From Eukaryota sp. TZLM1-RC (Eukaryota; Protista; Metamonada: BaSk clade), in the NCBI GenBank assembly GCA_040285825.1, contig JAUPSS010000001.1, positions 2,232,001-2,296,000 of the forward strand: a stretch of 64,000 nucleotides of DNA, written 5' to 3'. Shown here piece after piece: positions 1-12,030 of this stretch (its first letter is position 1; each line of letters begins with the position of its first letter). The notes beneath the pieces are model-generated. The model made no database searches and was not told the origin of the DNA. It saw nothing but the letters and a program-made list of their open reading frames with translations. The position numbers and the translations under genes are program-made.

Positions 1-125
1 TATGCTTCAAACATACCAAGAACACGTGACAAATTGTCACTGACAATATTTAAGTATCAACCAGCAATTTTGAAATATCTCAATCAAAATCTACTTTAGT
101 CTTTGTAAAAACTGACAACACTAGT

Positions 126-563
126 TTAAAGTAATGGATTACGTAGCTTACTGTCAAACTTGGAAAATCGCTGGACTTTTTGCTCTACGTCAATGGCATG
201 CTTCTTTAATTCCTGGTGGGATATTGTTGGCTTAACAGTTTGTAGTTTTTTCAAAAGACGCATGTTCTCTTGTTCAATTTGTTGGTAGGGTAGATCACTT
301 TTGGGAACTCTTTTCAAAGGAGCCCTCTCTTTTTTGGGGATGGAGGGTTTCGTCGATCGACATCGCCTATGAACATGGTAGTTCTGCCGTTCAATCTCAT
401 TCATCCTCTCCTTTCTCTGCAGAGTCTTTTTGGATGGTCCATTTGGTATTGTGGATCCTGGTATTGGTTCTCGTATGTATTGCCCAATGGAACTTGTGGC
501 TTTACTTATCCGATTAGCATGTAGTTTGACTTTTGTGACAGCATCTATTGGGTCTTCAAACAT
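126..563 (-). CDS. CFAP97D-like (KIAA1430/Hemingway domain) cilia/flagella-associated protein
   Basis: 145-aa basic ORF with family-like motifs HANRI, KKTLQRKERMNEIERQN and QIEQENMRLLKKLQTVKPTI. Confidence 0.65.
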   Translation of the reverse strand: MFEDPIDAVTKVKLHANRISKATSSIGQYIREPIPGSTIPNGPSKKTLQRKERMNEIERQNYHVHRRCRSTKPSIPKKERAPLKRVPKSDLPYQQIEQENMRLLKKLQTVKPTISHQELKKHAIDVEQKVQRFSKFDSKLRNPLL

Positions 564-847
564 ATTTCTTATGAGGAAACTATCAATGAATATAAACCAT
601 CTTCCAGATTATTCATACATCAACAATATCTATATCAGGATATCTACATGTTACGCTATTCTCAAAATCTATGTACATTTGTTTATTGAACACTGTATAC
701 TGAATTATGAAGGATACATCATAGAAAAGGCTCAGATGAATGCAAATAGCACCAATGTAATACAAAGACATCTGCTATTTCACTAGTATAGCTGCATCAA
801 ATAGACAAGGATTTGAAACAAAATCATTTATTCATCTCATTTAACAT

Positions 848-1018
848 TCATTTCCCCCTCAAACTGTTACCGGCCCCTTTGGCATTTGCATCCTTCCAAT
901 CATCCCAATAAGGATCTTTGTAAGTTTGAAAATCAGTCGAATCAATAGTTGAATCGATATAAAATGATTGATTCTGTAGTTGCCGCTGATGAATTTCTTG
1001 TTGAATTTTCTCAGACAT
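848..1018 (-). CDS. 56-aa ORF carrying a TAP42/alpha4 (IGBP1)-like C-terminal motif; micro-protein or gene remnant
   Basis: Manual translation MSEKIQQEIHQRQLQNQSFYIDSTIDSTDFQTYKDPYWDDWKDANAKGAGNSLRGK*; WDDWKDxNxxGxGN resembles the conserved TAP42 tail; below the ORF-track cutoff. Confidence 0.5.
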   Translation of the reverse strand: MSEKIQQEIHQRQLQNQSFYIDSTIDSTDFQTYKDPYWDDWKDANAKGAGNSLRGK

Positions 1019-2306
1019 TAAACCTCACAATTAATGGTACTAATTCCTTGATGTCACCACTTTCTGAAGTGTGTATTACACTCTACAGAGGTTTCACTGT
1101 TGAGTTGTAATGGTAATGTGTTTTTTCGAAGATTTTGTAATAAACAAACTCGTTCATTGAAATTCAACGCAAAACAAACTTATTGTCTTATTCAGTGTAT
1201 TTGATAATTTGGACAACTGCACCAAATGTGATTAAACGCAGCAGGTTTTATACTGACCTAATGAGCACACATGAGACAGTAGTTCAGATCCATCAGGCAT
1301 TTTGGACAAATTTTCCATCGATAAAGATAACTATACCCTGAAGAAAGAAAAATTGCAAATCTAATGATTCTAGAAGGCAAATACATCAACGTGGACAATC
1401 ATTGAGTATCAGCATTCATATGTTCTGAGTTTAATATTATATTGTTCATTGTACTTTACACTCCATGAATGTGTCAATTCTTCTTTGAATTTCATCATTT
1501 TTAAGTTTGAAAATAATTATCTTACGAATTTTATTTTATGATAGGATTAAATTTCCGTTTCCAGTTAGAGCTGCTTTGTTTCATTATTTCAAATAGAATT
1601 TTAAACTCAGGATCGAAAGCATTTTACAAAATGTGGTATTTTGAATATTTAACATTTATACAATAATGCAATATCGGGAATCACAAGACCACCCTTAGGA
1701 TTTGGTTATTACAGACAACCAAAATTATCGGTTCTAGTGACATCTAACCTTGACTTCAACGTTTTACTCAATATTGAGGTAATAGTAGTTTCAATCAATG
1801 TGATTGGTAATTCATCTACATTTGAATACCAACGTAAAAAATGCGGAAAACATATTTTTATAATTTTTGCCTGCATAGTAAAAAAATGTTTGATTCTAGA
1901 GATGTTTTATCAAATCTTCAATCTTTGGCAAAACATAATTGGAAATACTGTGGATATTGCAAGCATCTGTTGGGTATTGATTACCTAAAACTCTGAATCC
2001 CTTCTCTTTGTTTAATAACGATGGAAGTTCAAAATTATTCATTTTTAAGAACGTATTAGTAAATTTGTGATCAATTTTGGAACAACAAAGAGCACCGAAT
2101 TGTTCAGCAGCTGCAACTAAACAAGCAGTCCATTCGAGACTAGAAAATAATATTTGGGAGAGCAAGAGGACAGATGATTCTAATCTACCGAATCAATTAA
2201 TGGCATCTGCAAAAGCAATATTTGTTTACCATACATCTTCATAGTATTGAACTAAAATAAACACATGAAATGAAATAAACTATTTTACAATGCAAAAAAC
2301 CTCAAA

Positions 2307-3458
2307 CTACGACAACTTCCCCAAATTTTGCTTTTGTTGCACAATTCGAACCGAAGAATAAACAAACCTATCAAGGATCTGAGCAAAAGCAAAGATTCCA
2401 CCTACAATCGAACAAACCTGAACCAAAAACGCCAAGAAACTTTTCCTTTTTTCCAAAACTTCTACTTGAATTCCTGTGAAATCCACAGAAAAATAAACAC
2501 CTGGGAAAGCATTGGGATTGATACCATCTACTTTAATGTCAGACCTAGCAACAGAGTAGATATAAGTGTTGGAATTGCCAATCTTGTATGAATTTACATT
2601 TGTTTTCACCAATTTTAACAGATATTTGGACATGAAACTGGAAATCTTGAGATGAGAATTGACATAATCATACAAAGCTTGGGGAGGCAACACCCTCTCC
2701 AAGTCACCAAGCCCCTTTGAATTACCAAAGTTGAGATAGTGTACGATATGGGATGTATTATAATGAACACTTTCTGGTGTCAGTTGATGGACATGCTGGC
2801 GTCCATGTTGATGGGACTGACCAGGTGCAATGTGGAAACTAGAAAGAACTCTTGAAAGTAGAAGCGAACCATGGATGTTACACCCCTCTTTCCTTTCTTC
2901 CATGTCTTTAAACGTCAGTCCTTCTTTCTTACATTGTTCAAATCTTGAATAATCGCCAGTATTCCATTTCCGTGCACTATAAGCTTTGAGAACTTCTGAA
3001 CAAGTGTTGCAGCATTGACCCTTGGACCCTGCACCATAGCAAGAGCCACAATAAGTTGGATCAGAAGGTGCAGTGTCAGAGGTCATTGGTACTGGGGTAC
3101 CTGCATATGAAATACGCGTTTTGACCACATTTTCATGGACGTCCAACATTGAATGTCCTAGTGAGTCTATTAAATCTACTTGGAGTAGAGGACAAGGTAA
3201 TTTGAGAAACGTGATGTTGAAGTGGAGATTGGCAACATCCTTGTACTCTGCAACTGTGTTATCAACAGATAATAAGTGTTGAATATCAGGTTGAATATAC
3301 GATATAAATTCAGATATAATAAGAACAGCAATTACAATGTAGCAAATGATACTGACGAGCCCGCCAGACTTTGTGGTTATCCGAAAATCATCAACAACTT
3401 TTGTATTGACATGGTCGAAGGATTTCAGGCTATTAGAAAAGCGATGCCGAAGAGTCAT
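2307..3458 (-). CDS. ERV46: ER-Golgi intermediate compartment protein ERV46/ERGIC3 (COPII vesicle protein)
   Basis: N-terminal LKSFD..TK..DDFRITTKSGG plus TM, CGSCYGA...CCNTC motif, EGCNIHG, FHIAPG, C-terminal TM VCSIVGGIF and GKLS tail. Confidence 0.93.
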   Translation of the reverse strand: MTLRHRFSNSLKSFDHVNTKVVDDFRITTKSGGLVSIICYIVIAVLIISEFISYIQPDIQHLLSVDNTVAEYKDVANLHFNITFLKLPCPLLQVDLIDSLGHSMLDVHENVVKTRISYAGTPVPMTSDTAPSDPTYCGSCYGAGSKGQCCNTCSEVLKAYSARKWNTGDYSRFEQCKKEGLTFKDMEERKEGCNIHGSLLLSRVLSSFHIAPGQSHQHGRQHVHQLTPESVHYNTSHIVHYLNFGNSKGLGDLERVLPPQALYDYVNSHLKISSFMSKYLLKLVKTNVNSYKIGNSNTYIYSVARSDIKVDGINPNAFPGVYFSVDFTGIQVEVLEKRKSFLAFLVQVCSIVGGIFAFAQILDRFVYSSVRIVQQKQNLGKLS

Positions 3459-3841
3459 CTTTACAGAAAATGTCTATAACAAGAAGTGTTCCTTTGATCT
3501 AATGAAGAGGGAGTGAATTTGAGAAGTTTTCAATAAAGTTGTCAAATAACCCAAACTTCGCACCTTCTGAACGTTTGGGCCAATGTACGCCGAGTGATCT
3601 GGTTTTTGTTATTTTACACGTGTCAACAATGTTCTCTTTGGACATGTTTTCGTAAACCCCTATTTCAACTACTACAGTAAATCTATTTGTTTGAAAAACT
3701 GTCTTCACCCAAAAATTTCTTTCTTTTAGCCCAACTTTCTTCAATGTTATGTTTGGTCAGATTGATGACAGAAGTTTATCATTATATTATGAATTTGAAA
3801 TTATTTATTTTCTACGAAGAATCAAATAAAAACAAAACAAA

Positions 3842-4650
3842 CTAAAACACATAAGGAACTAAATTCTCCACGCCAACTCTTGATGAATCCCTATAAAGTT
3901 TGGACATCATTAAACTCAAGTACTTGGGAACACTTCTGTACAAAGCGAAAATGATACGATTTTTCCATAAATTCTCTGCAAAATTCTTACCACTTGAATG
4001 ACATAAATTACCAAAATCATTGATGAAATTCAAGCGGATTGTCTAATGTTGCCAAAAATCGAAAAGGCAAAAGGAACAAACGAAAACTTCGAATAAAGGT
4101 TCTTATTTAGATCATTTAATATCTCAGTATATTTATCTCTCTTACGATCTTCAGCCTTGTTGAAATGACCATTAGTACTAAGTAAAACATGATCGCGATA
4201 AACAAAAGCAAAGGGATCAACTGTAGTGAAATCAACAACAACTTGAGAGGAATCCACAAAAGGAGCAATTAAATCACCTCGACTTGAATTAAAAAGATTA
4301 TCATCACTATAATGCTTCAACAAAGGTTCTACTTTGCAACTAAAATTGTAACACTTGAACATCTCATATGTCACATCACGAACGGCATTATGAAGAACTG
4401 ACCTATATTGAAGGAATTTCTTACAACTCACAATATGACGGAAATTGGCAGTAGGTTTTTTGTTACAAATACAATGAGAATTGTCCAAAAGACCACTTGG
4501 ATACATCCCTAATCTCAACCGCATGTTTTGTTTCCAAGCTTCATTTGTTAAGTGAAGACCAAATGGCCTTGGTTGCTGAGATATTAAACTAGTGCAGTTC
4601 TGAATGTCGGATAAAAAGGCAGCAAAGACGGGATTATTAATCTTAGTCAC
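3842..4650 (-). mobile_element. 5'-truncated RLE-type non-LTR retrotransposon fragment (family B), frameshifted near 4030
   Basis: CxC...H...C zinc knuckle, HNAVRD, RGDL...VVDFTTVDP...AEDRKRDKY..FVPFAFSIFG restriction-like endonuclease motifs. Confidence 0.85.
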
Positions 4651-5064
4651 AAAATTATTATTATTATGAATTTGTATTTATTTACGTTGTAGATCATTGT
4701 CAATATATGCTTCATTTGTTCGTCGCTAGGTGCTGTAGAAAATAGGACGTAGAAAAAGAGCGATGTAATACTACTGAAACCATTCGAGGTACTGAACGTT
4801 CAACCAAATGAAATTTGTCAACAACAGATCAACATTTTTTAAAAAAATCAATCAAGATTTTGATTGAAATATGGTGTGAATTGAAAGTGATTTCATCTTT
4901 GTATTGACTGTAGTAAATCATACTTGAAGAACCATATACCATGTGGCAACAGTATGTTTCTAAACAATAAATAACTCTTGATAACTACCTACATTTAATA
5001 AATATTTAGTGTGATTAAATAAAATTGCTAATTTTGGGTGAAACAAAACACTATAAAGTCCAAT

Positions 5065-7239
5065 TTATGATTTGAAACTAACTACATAGTCACGGAAAAT
5101 ATCAATCAAACACCTTTTAGCTGAATACTGAACCCACCATGGAAAACAATATAATTCAACTAAATATTCGTTCTTGATGAGTTTAACAGATTTAATTAAA
5201 CCTTGATTTATAAGTTTTGTTGGAGATAGGGGAGAATCTGACAGACTGTCTTCATCAGGTTTAATCAATTGAATGAGTTTCAAAGAAGGAAAGTTTTGTT
5301 CAGTGATATTGGTAGGAACATTGTAACGAAATATCAATTCCTTCAAGTTAAGTAATGAAATTTCAACATTCACGGAACTTCTCGTCCACAATTCCAATCT
5401 AACAATGGATTGGGGTAAAATTTGATTCTTTAATATTCTTTCTGGTACAGCATACGAGAACATCACTAATTCTTTTAATAATGTAAGATAGCTTAAATCA
5501 GTAACCACAATGTCATCATGTTTAAGCACCAGCTTCACTAGTGAAGTGGGTAATTGTTTAACATTGAAACGATAGTCAAGTTCTAGAGATTTAAGATTTG
5601 ATAAATGTGACAAGTTTATAGACCTTCTTCTAAAACTTGACCTTCCACCAAGCTTAACAACCTCAACACTGGGGAAAAAGGACAATAACTGGGGGTCATG
5701 ATCAACCAGATCATAGTAAACATAAAGTTTTTTAATTCTAGAATTAATTACTTTGGAACCTTTGTAATAAGAAGAAAATCGCAATTGTAAACCACAAATA
5801 TTTTCAGCTAAAGTTAAATCTTGAGGATCTTTTAAAAACAAGCCATGTTTAATTGAATGGACACATGAGGATTGATTAAAACCACCCTTTGTAAATTGAA
5901 GTAATTCTTTAGTATACTCTGCTACAATTTTACTAACACCACACTTGGTGTAAAATCTTGCTTTGGTATACGGATGATTACCAAAGAGCTTTTGCAAATA
6001 ATTTATATATTCCCAATAAACAAGCTTAATTAGACCACTAAACATTCTATCCAAAGGTTGTTTTGGATAATGGAAACTGCCAAGTATTTCAGATCCAAAT
6101 ACTTTGACAGGTTGTGGTCGATCAATCAAATCACCTGTACCTAATTGACCTTTAGCGTTCCTTCCCCAAGCCCAAACAGTGTTTTTGTTGTAGGCAAAAA
6201 GGAAGTTGTAACCTACTGAAATACCTTCAATATTATTGAAAGCTTCAATACATCTTGGTTCTTCACTATCTTCATAAACATCACTTAATCTACTCAACCA
6301 ACCCCATAAAAAAACTTTACCATTATTATCAATGGCAGCATAAATACCATCATAACCACTAATAGAAACAATATTATTCAACCCTGGAACTTTGGTGGGT
6401 TTGTTATTGAAAGGAACATCATCATCCCCCTTGTTAAACTTCAAAACTTCACCATTAAAGTCAATGACAAATAAAAAAGGATTATCTAATAATAAGGATT
6501 TTTCAAATGTTTGACTTTGACGTATATATTGTGTTAAAGGTAATTTGTTCAAACAATTATTATCTGAATTAAAACAAAATAATTCACTATTATCATTAAT
6601 TGTTATAAAAGAATTACGATTGACCCAAAGAAAAACAATATTAGTTAAACCTTCAATAACTTCAAAAGAATTACTTTTTCCCCATTTTATCACGTTACCA
6701 TCTTGAGTTAAAGCAAATGAATAAGTGGAGCCACCATGAATTTCCTTAATATTATAAGGAATGTTTATTGGGGTAAGTGGCAGCGAATCACATTTTGCTA
6801 TATCAATTTGATTATAAGTGTTACTACCCCAACCATATAATTTACCATCGGAAGAGAGGGCAAGGGAGTGACCAAAAGTAGTTGAAATGGTGACAAAAGT
6901 AGATAATTTGGTTGGTAAGTTGATGGTTCTAGGTCCATTGAAAAGCACTTGACCTTGAAAATTACTTCCCCAACCATAAACCATGTCCGATTCAGTGAGA
7001 AGAAGGGTATGGCCTTGACCGCACGAAATACTGGCAATTCCAATGGGTGACCTGTGAAAATCATGAGGAGTTTCAAGCACACGGGATTGATCAGAGATCG
7101 AATGGCAACAACAAAGAGGCAAAGAATTAGGTCGGCCGTTGAGAGAAGATGACAATTTCTGTTGAGCAGTTTCTAATGGTAGAGAACAGGAAGAGGTCCT
7201 AATGGAGCAATCATAAATGTACTGATCAGCTTGAGACAT
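5065..7239 (-). CDS. RCC1/BLIP-II repeat protein with C-terminal leucine-rich repeats
   Basis: Repeats GHTLLLT..VYGWGSNFQGQ, HSLALSSDGKLYGWGSN, VWAWGRNAKGQLGTGD; C-terminal LSHLSNLKSLEL / LPTSLVKLVL / LPQSIVRLEL LRRs. Confidence 0.85.
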   Translation of the reverse strand: MSQADQYIYDCSIRTSSCSLPLETAQQKLSSSLNGRPNSLPLCCCHSISDQSRVLETPHDFHRSPIGIASISCGQGHTLLLTESDMVYGWGSNFQGQVLFNGPRTINLPTKLSTFVTISTTFGHSLALSSDGKLYGWGSNTYNQIDIAKCDSLPLTPINIPYNIKEIHGGSTYSFALTQDGNVIKWGKSNSFEVIEGLTNIVFLWVNRNSFITINDNSELFCFNSDNNCLNKLPLTQYIRQSQTFEKSLLLDNPFLFVIDFNGEVLKFNKGDDDVPFNNKPTKVPGLNNIVSISGYDGIYAAIDNNGKVFLWGWLSRLSDVYEDSEEPRCIEAFNNIEGISVGYNFLFAYNKNTVWAWGRNAKGQLGTGDLIDRPQPVKVFGSEILGSFHYPKQPLDRMFSGLIKLVYWEYINYLQKLFGNHPYTKARFYTKCGVSKIVAEYTKELLQFTKGGFNQSSCVHSIKHGLFLKDPQDLTLAENICGLQLRFSSYYKGSKVINSRIKKLYVYYDLVDHDPQLLSFFPSVEVVKLGGRSSFRRRSINLSHLSNLKSLELDYRFNVKQLPTSLVKLVLKHDDIVVTDLSYLTLLKELVMFSYAVPERILKNQILPQSIVRLELWTRSSVNVEISLLNLKELIFRYNVPTNITEQNFPSLKLIQLIKPDEDSLSDSPLSPTKLINQGLIKSVKLIKNEYLVELYCFPWWVQYSAKRCLIDIFRDYVVSFKS

Positions 7240-7489
7240 TTAAGATATGTTTAAATAGTGTTTGCTTGTGTGGGAAATTTCACCAAGTCTTCTATTTTTG
7301 TCAAACTACATTCCCTGGTAAAAGGGAAAAACTTTGTTTTTGAATTATGTTGATTTACGGAATTCTACAAGTTATACTTATTTAAGAGACCTTGACAATA
7401 CTCTTGATTTCTCCTGATATTTGAAGTATGTGTTGATTGATAATGTATGGGAAAAATCAACTACACAGCTAGTCAATTTGAAATATAAT

Positions 7490-10400
7490 TCAATTTATTG
7501 AATTTGCACACTTGATTAAATTAAATACTAACTAATGGGACGACTATCATTAAACCAAGATTTCCTCTACAAAATCTTGATTTGCTTGCTGTCTAGCTAA
7601 AGCTTCTCTAAGTCGATTGAAAAACCGCGGTAATCTATTAATAATGGCAAATTGAATCCGTGAACGCCATAAAAAAATATCAAATCTTTTCATTGTTTTT
7701 TCTTTCACCATTTTTTGGAAGTCATCCAAAAAAGTTTCTGCTTCAACTGATAATCTTCCATTTATCGAAAATGGGAAAGCAATAAAAACCAGCTGTGTAT
7801 TTCTATCGACATTTGCATCTTCAATTTCTTTATCATATTTTCTATGTTTTTCTTTTGCTTTAAAATCCAGAGCAGCCACAGGATTAAGTTTTCTTCTGTG
7901 AACCAAAGTATCGTTTGCAACATTACATGAGACAAAGTCAACAATAGCTTCAGAATTATCAATCCAATCACAGTATACATCACCTCTATCATCAGAACCA
8001 AAATTATTCAGAGAAAGTGTTTCCTTCAGCAGGGGCTCTTTGATACACGATATCCTTGCGTTTGTGCCATATTGAAAACAGTGTCTCTAACAGCATCATG
8101 TAATGAAGAACGATAAGTTATCAATTTAGAGCAATTTAGAGCATGGCGCAAAGTGAGTTGAGGTGAATTCGAACAAATACATTTTTCTTTTGATAATAAT
8201 TGGTTAATGGGGATGTTCAAATATAATCTCATTTTTGTTACAAATGCTTCATTAGTGGCACACAATCCAAATCTTCGTGGTACAATGGTTACAAAAAGTG
8301 AAGAATCTGACGCCTTGTTTTCACAAACACCCTTTTCCAATAACAATGAGTGAAGATCTTGATTTAAAACAGCCGAGCTGCAAATATTATTATAAAGATC
8401 TTTTTCATACATTCCAGTCAATCTTTTCTGTAATGTTCGAAGAGTGTACTTCAAATTTAAAACATTTTTTTCTGGAATATTGCCATTGAATGATTGGGGA
8501 AAACATCGACCCCATTTTTCTACATCAATTCTTGAAATTTCTTCATTTAATGCAAAAACAGTGGAACTTTGCGTTGTCATCAATAAATCTTCCCAATCTG
8601 CAAATCTTTCGGAAAACTCAAAGATTGCATTTCTGCATCCACCAACAAAAGCACACGAGGTAAGAATAGAAGCCTTCGTCCACCCTAAACCACCATAATG
8701 TGGACTAAGGTAAGCATGATCTGGAATTTGAAACATTTTACATCCCAGTAATTGAGACAGAACTTTTGCACGTAACTCATTAAACTTTTGAGCCAAAGGT
8801 CTAGTGACGAGAGGATTTTTAGATCGAAATATATGATTAAAATTGGAACTAAAACACAGTCTTATAATGGTAAATTTGATGTGTTTTTTTATATCTAAAT
8901 TCATCATTCGGTCAATTTTGTCAGAAATTGAGTTCAACTTTTCAAACAATTTTTTTGGTAATTTCATCATTATTTCCTAAAAACGAACCCAAATGACGAA
9001 TAGCATCAATTGAATATAATTTGGCTTGAATTTCAATATCATCAATTATTGTGGAAACTGGAGAATTCGATAACAAAACACATTTAAGTAAATTAAGTCG
9101 GAGACCAATTTTGGTAAATAATTCTTTAAAACATACAGTTGCTTTTTTCACAATATTTAAATCACCAATAAGCACAACATCATCCATATATGCAATCATT
9201 TTTAGTGAAGGAAACATCTCTTGAATTTGCAGTAGAATAGGATGGATGGCCAAACAAAACAAAAGAGGTCCTAACGGATCTCCTTGCTTTACGCCACTTG
9301 ATGAACTCAAAATGTTGTTACCAAAATGTAAATTAGAATATGTGCAATAAGTTGATTGAAAATATGGTATTAATTCCGGCATATATTGCAATAGAGCACC
9401 ATGGATACTGCGACGACTTAGTGAATTGAAAGCATTACTAAAATCCAATGACATGCAAACATTGAATTCATTTTGACGAAATAGGACATCAGTAGCAAAA
9501 ATCGCTGAAGAGACTCCATCTGTAGTATTTATACCATATTGAAAGGGTAATAAAATCTTTTTAGCTTTTTCATTGAACCTGCTTAAGCAACACGCAGAAA
9601 AAATATTGTGTAAGCTCTCAGAGACTGCAATAGGACGAACGTCCATTTTTGAATTTTTGACAAGTGCAGTCAAACGAGAACTTCTTAATTCTTCTGGGTA
9701 TTTGCGTTGACCAGATAATATTTGGTTGAAAAATTTAGTCAATAAACCAAGGCAATCTTCTGAAGAAATAATCGCGGCTTTTACATGATCAATAGTAATG
9801 CCAGAAAGTCCGGCAGACTTACCACGAGGTCTCTTTTTGATAACCGAAAAAACTTCTGATGGCATCAATGGATAATTTTCCCAGTATGTGCCGTAAAAAT
9901 TTTGATCCATTATAGGATCTTCATAAGGATGAAGAATTTTCAGTTTTTCTATTGTATTTTCATTGTTCGGTGCTTTAACTCCGGGACTTAAAGCTGACAA
10001 AGCCTTGGACCATTTGTTGTCAAAGCATTTGTCTTCAAAAATTTTACTTAATTTCTCGGATGACTGATTTCTCGGTGCTATATTAGTTAAATCTTCGGAA
10101 ATATTAACGAAATTTTGTTCAAAAGGAGGACAAAAGAACCAAAAAATTCCCAAATAATATTGATAGCATACTTTCCTTTACATAATTGATCCAAAAATCT
10201 TTGAAAAACGAAAGCAAATTCATTGCATTTGGTCGGATGAATTTCTTGAGGTATTCTTATAGGAGGATGGTAGTTATCAACTATGCGGCATTTCAAGCAG
10301 CGATCAGAAGTTTTTCCTTTTGCATTTTTTCTAAAAGAAATACCACAAGTGTTGCAAGTTTTGTGCTTCAATCGATTGCTAACTGGTTTTGCAACAACTT

Positions 10401-10650
10401 GTGGAGCATTATTTATGGGTTCTACCTTAGACTCTTTCCTTCTAATAAATTTTCTTTTACATTTTGTTTCAGAATTTGCCGCATCATTTTTTCCAACATT
10501 GGGAAACATTTGAAATATTGTGTTAAAATATTGCAACACAAATTAACAATGGTTTCAAAGGCTTGGATTTTAATGTTTATCTTGGCTCGGCCAAAAATGA
10601 TAATCCCACTTTCGCACAAAATAGTTTTTCTGCATTTTTAATAACTCAAA
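7490..10650 (-). mobile_element. Near full-length RLE-type non-LTR retrotransposon (CRE/SLACS-like, family A): Zn finger, RT, CCHC, RLE; at least 3 frameshifts
   Basis: CNTC..CLKC finger (10087-10539); RT motifs VRPIAV, LDFSNAFNS, GVKQGDPLGPLLF, AYMDD (8942-10153); GGLG and CIC..H..C, HDAVRD (8026-8970); RGD..VDFVSC..KEKHRKY RLE (7550-8040); AATAAA at 3' end (7494-7499); 5' boundary approximate. Confidence 0.9.
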
Positions 10651-10689
10651 TTTCTTCAATCTATGGTCTTCTTATAGATGATAATAAAT

Positions 10690-11290
10690 TATTTTGTACA
10701 ATGCGCCTTTGATGTTTCATTTGTTCTAATGATGTGCCTCATGATTTGATTTGCAAATGAAATTCAAAAATTTCTCCACATCAATTTTTCAATTGTCAAC
10801 TCTATTACTTTCCGATCAAAAATCCATGATGCAGTTAGGGATCTGATCTATTGTATGTCCATGTGAAAGACACACAGTTGTTTCCTTTTTAGAACCATTA
10901 CTCTCTCGTTTGGTTGATGAAGTTATTTTGAATTCTTTGGTCGAAATAGTGGTGATTTAATGCTTGAAGGGACCACCATTAATACAGATGTGAGATCGAG
11001 TAATGACAGTAATGATTCTTTCAAAGCATTATCACATTCAAAAGACAAGAATCCTCTGTCTGTTTTCGAAAATAGAAAACACAAAAATTAATAAATATCA
11101 GGCAAAGTTGCTATTTTTGAATGCTGAATCCCATAATAATTATGTCCTTTGTCCATTTGCTCTTTATTTACATGGCTCTCTTGGACCACTTGCTTTATTT
11201 TTCTTGGATGATTTTGTTGATATTGTGAAACAACCTACAAGAAGAATTTTTGTAAACATGTTTAGGCAGAACGTAATGAATCGTTATTGA
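10690..11290 (+). mobile_element. Degenerate 3' fragment of RLE-type non-LTR element (family D)
   Basis: Translates in pieces to KIHDAVRDLIYCM, LEPLLSRLVDE, FGRNSGDLMLEG..TDVRS, KINKY..LCPFALYLHGSLG. Confidence 0.75.
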
Positions 11291-11309
11291 ACTGCAACAT
11301 TCAGTAAAA

Positions 11310-12030
11310 TAAACTCATAACTAATGGGACTAAATTCAATGAAATCAAAATTTCGCTACAAAATCCTGATCTGCTTGTTTTCGCGCCATTGTTTCTCTTA
11401 TTCGATAAAAGAACCGAAGTAATTTATTGATTATAGCAAATTGAATTCGTGACCACCATACATCAAGATTTTGTAGAGGAAATCTTGGTTCAATGATATT
11501 CGTCCCATTAGTTATGAAGTAATTTAATTAAGTGTGCATGTTCAATAAATGTAGTGACCACCACAAAAAGATATCAAATCTATCCATTGTTTCTTGAACT
11601 AGTTTTTGGAAATCATTCAAAAAATTTCCTGCTTGAACTGATAGTCTTCCGTTCATGGAAATTGTCAAAGCAATAAAAACAAGTGGTCTATTTTTATCAG
11701 TTTAAGAATCTTCGATATCTTTTTCATATTTTCTATGTATTTCATTTGCCTTAAATTCAAGAGCTTTTACAGGATTAAGTTTCCTTCTTTGAGCCAAACT
11801 GTCATTTGCAACATTACATGAGACAAAATCAACTATAGCTTCAGAATTATCAATCCAATCACAGAAAATATCACCTCTATCATCAGAACCAAACTTGGAT
11901 ATCGACAGTGTCTCTCTAAGCAAAGGCTTCTTTATACATGAGATTCATTTATTTCTTGCCATATTAAAAACAGTGTCTCTAACAGCATCATGTACTGAAG
12001 AACGATAAGTTACCAATTTGGGACAAACTC
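11310..12030 (-). mobile_element. 5'-truncated, decayed copy of family A non-LTR element (RLE domain plus 3' UTR)
   Basis: Clear DNA similarity to 7520-8130 (GSDDRGD..DWIDNSEAIVDFVSCNVAND; shared 3' UTR taactaatgggac). Confidence 0.9.
11459..11553 (+). mobile_element. 95-bp 3'-terminal fragment of family A element inserted in inverted orientation, with 10-bp TSD GTGACCACCA
   Basis: Closely matches the reverse complement of ~7492-7580; GTGACCACCA at 11449-11458 and 11554-11563. Confidence 0.85.

Noticed and set aside
430-2240. ORFs 430-786, 1737-1988, 1896-2165 and a possible GTATGG..CAG intron near 2207-2234
   Set aside because: No motifs recognised; the trial splices hit stops within a few codons.
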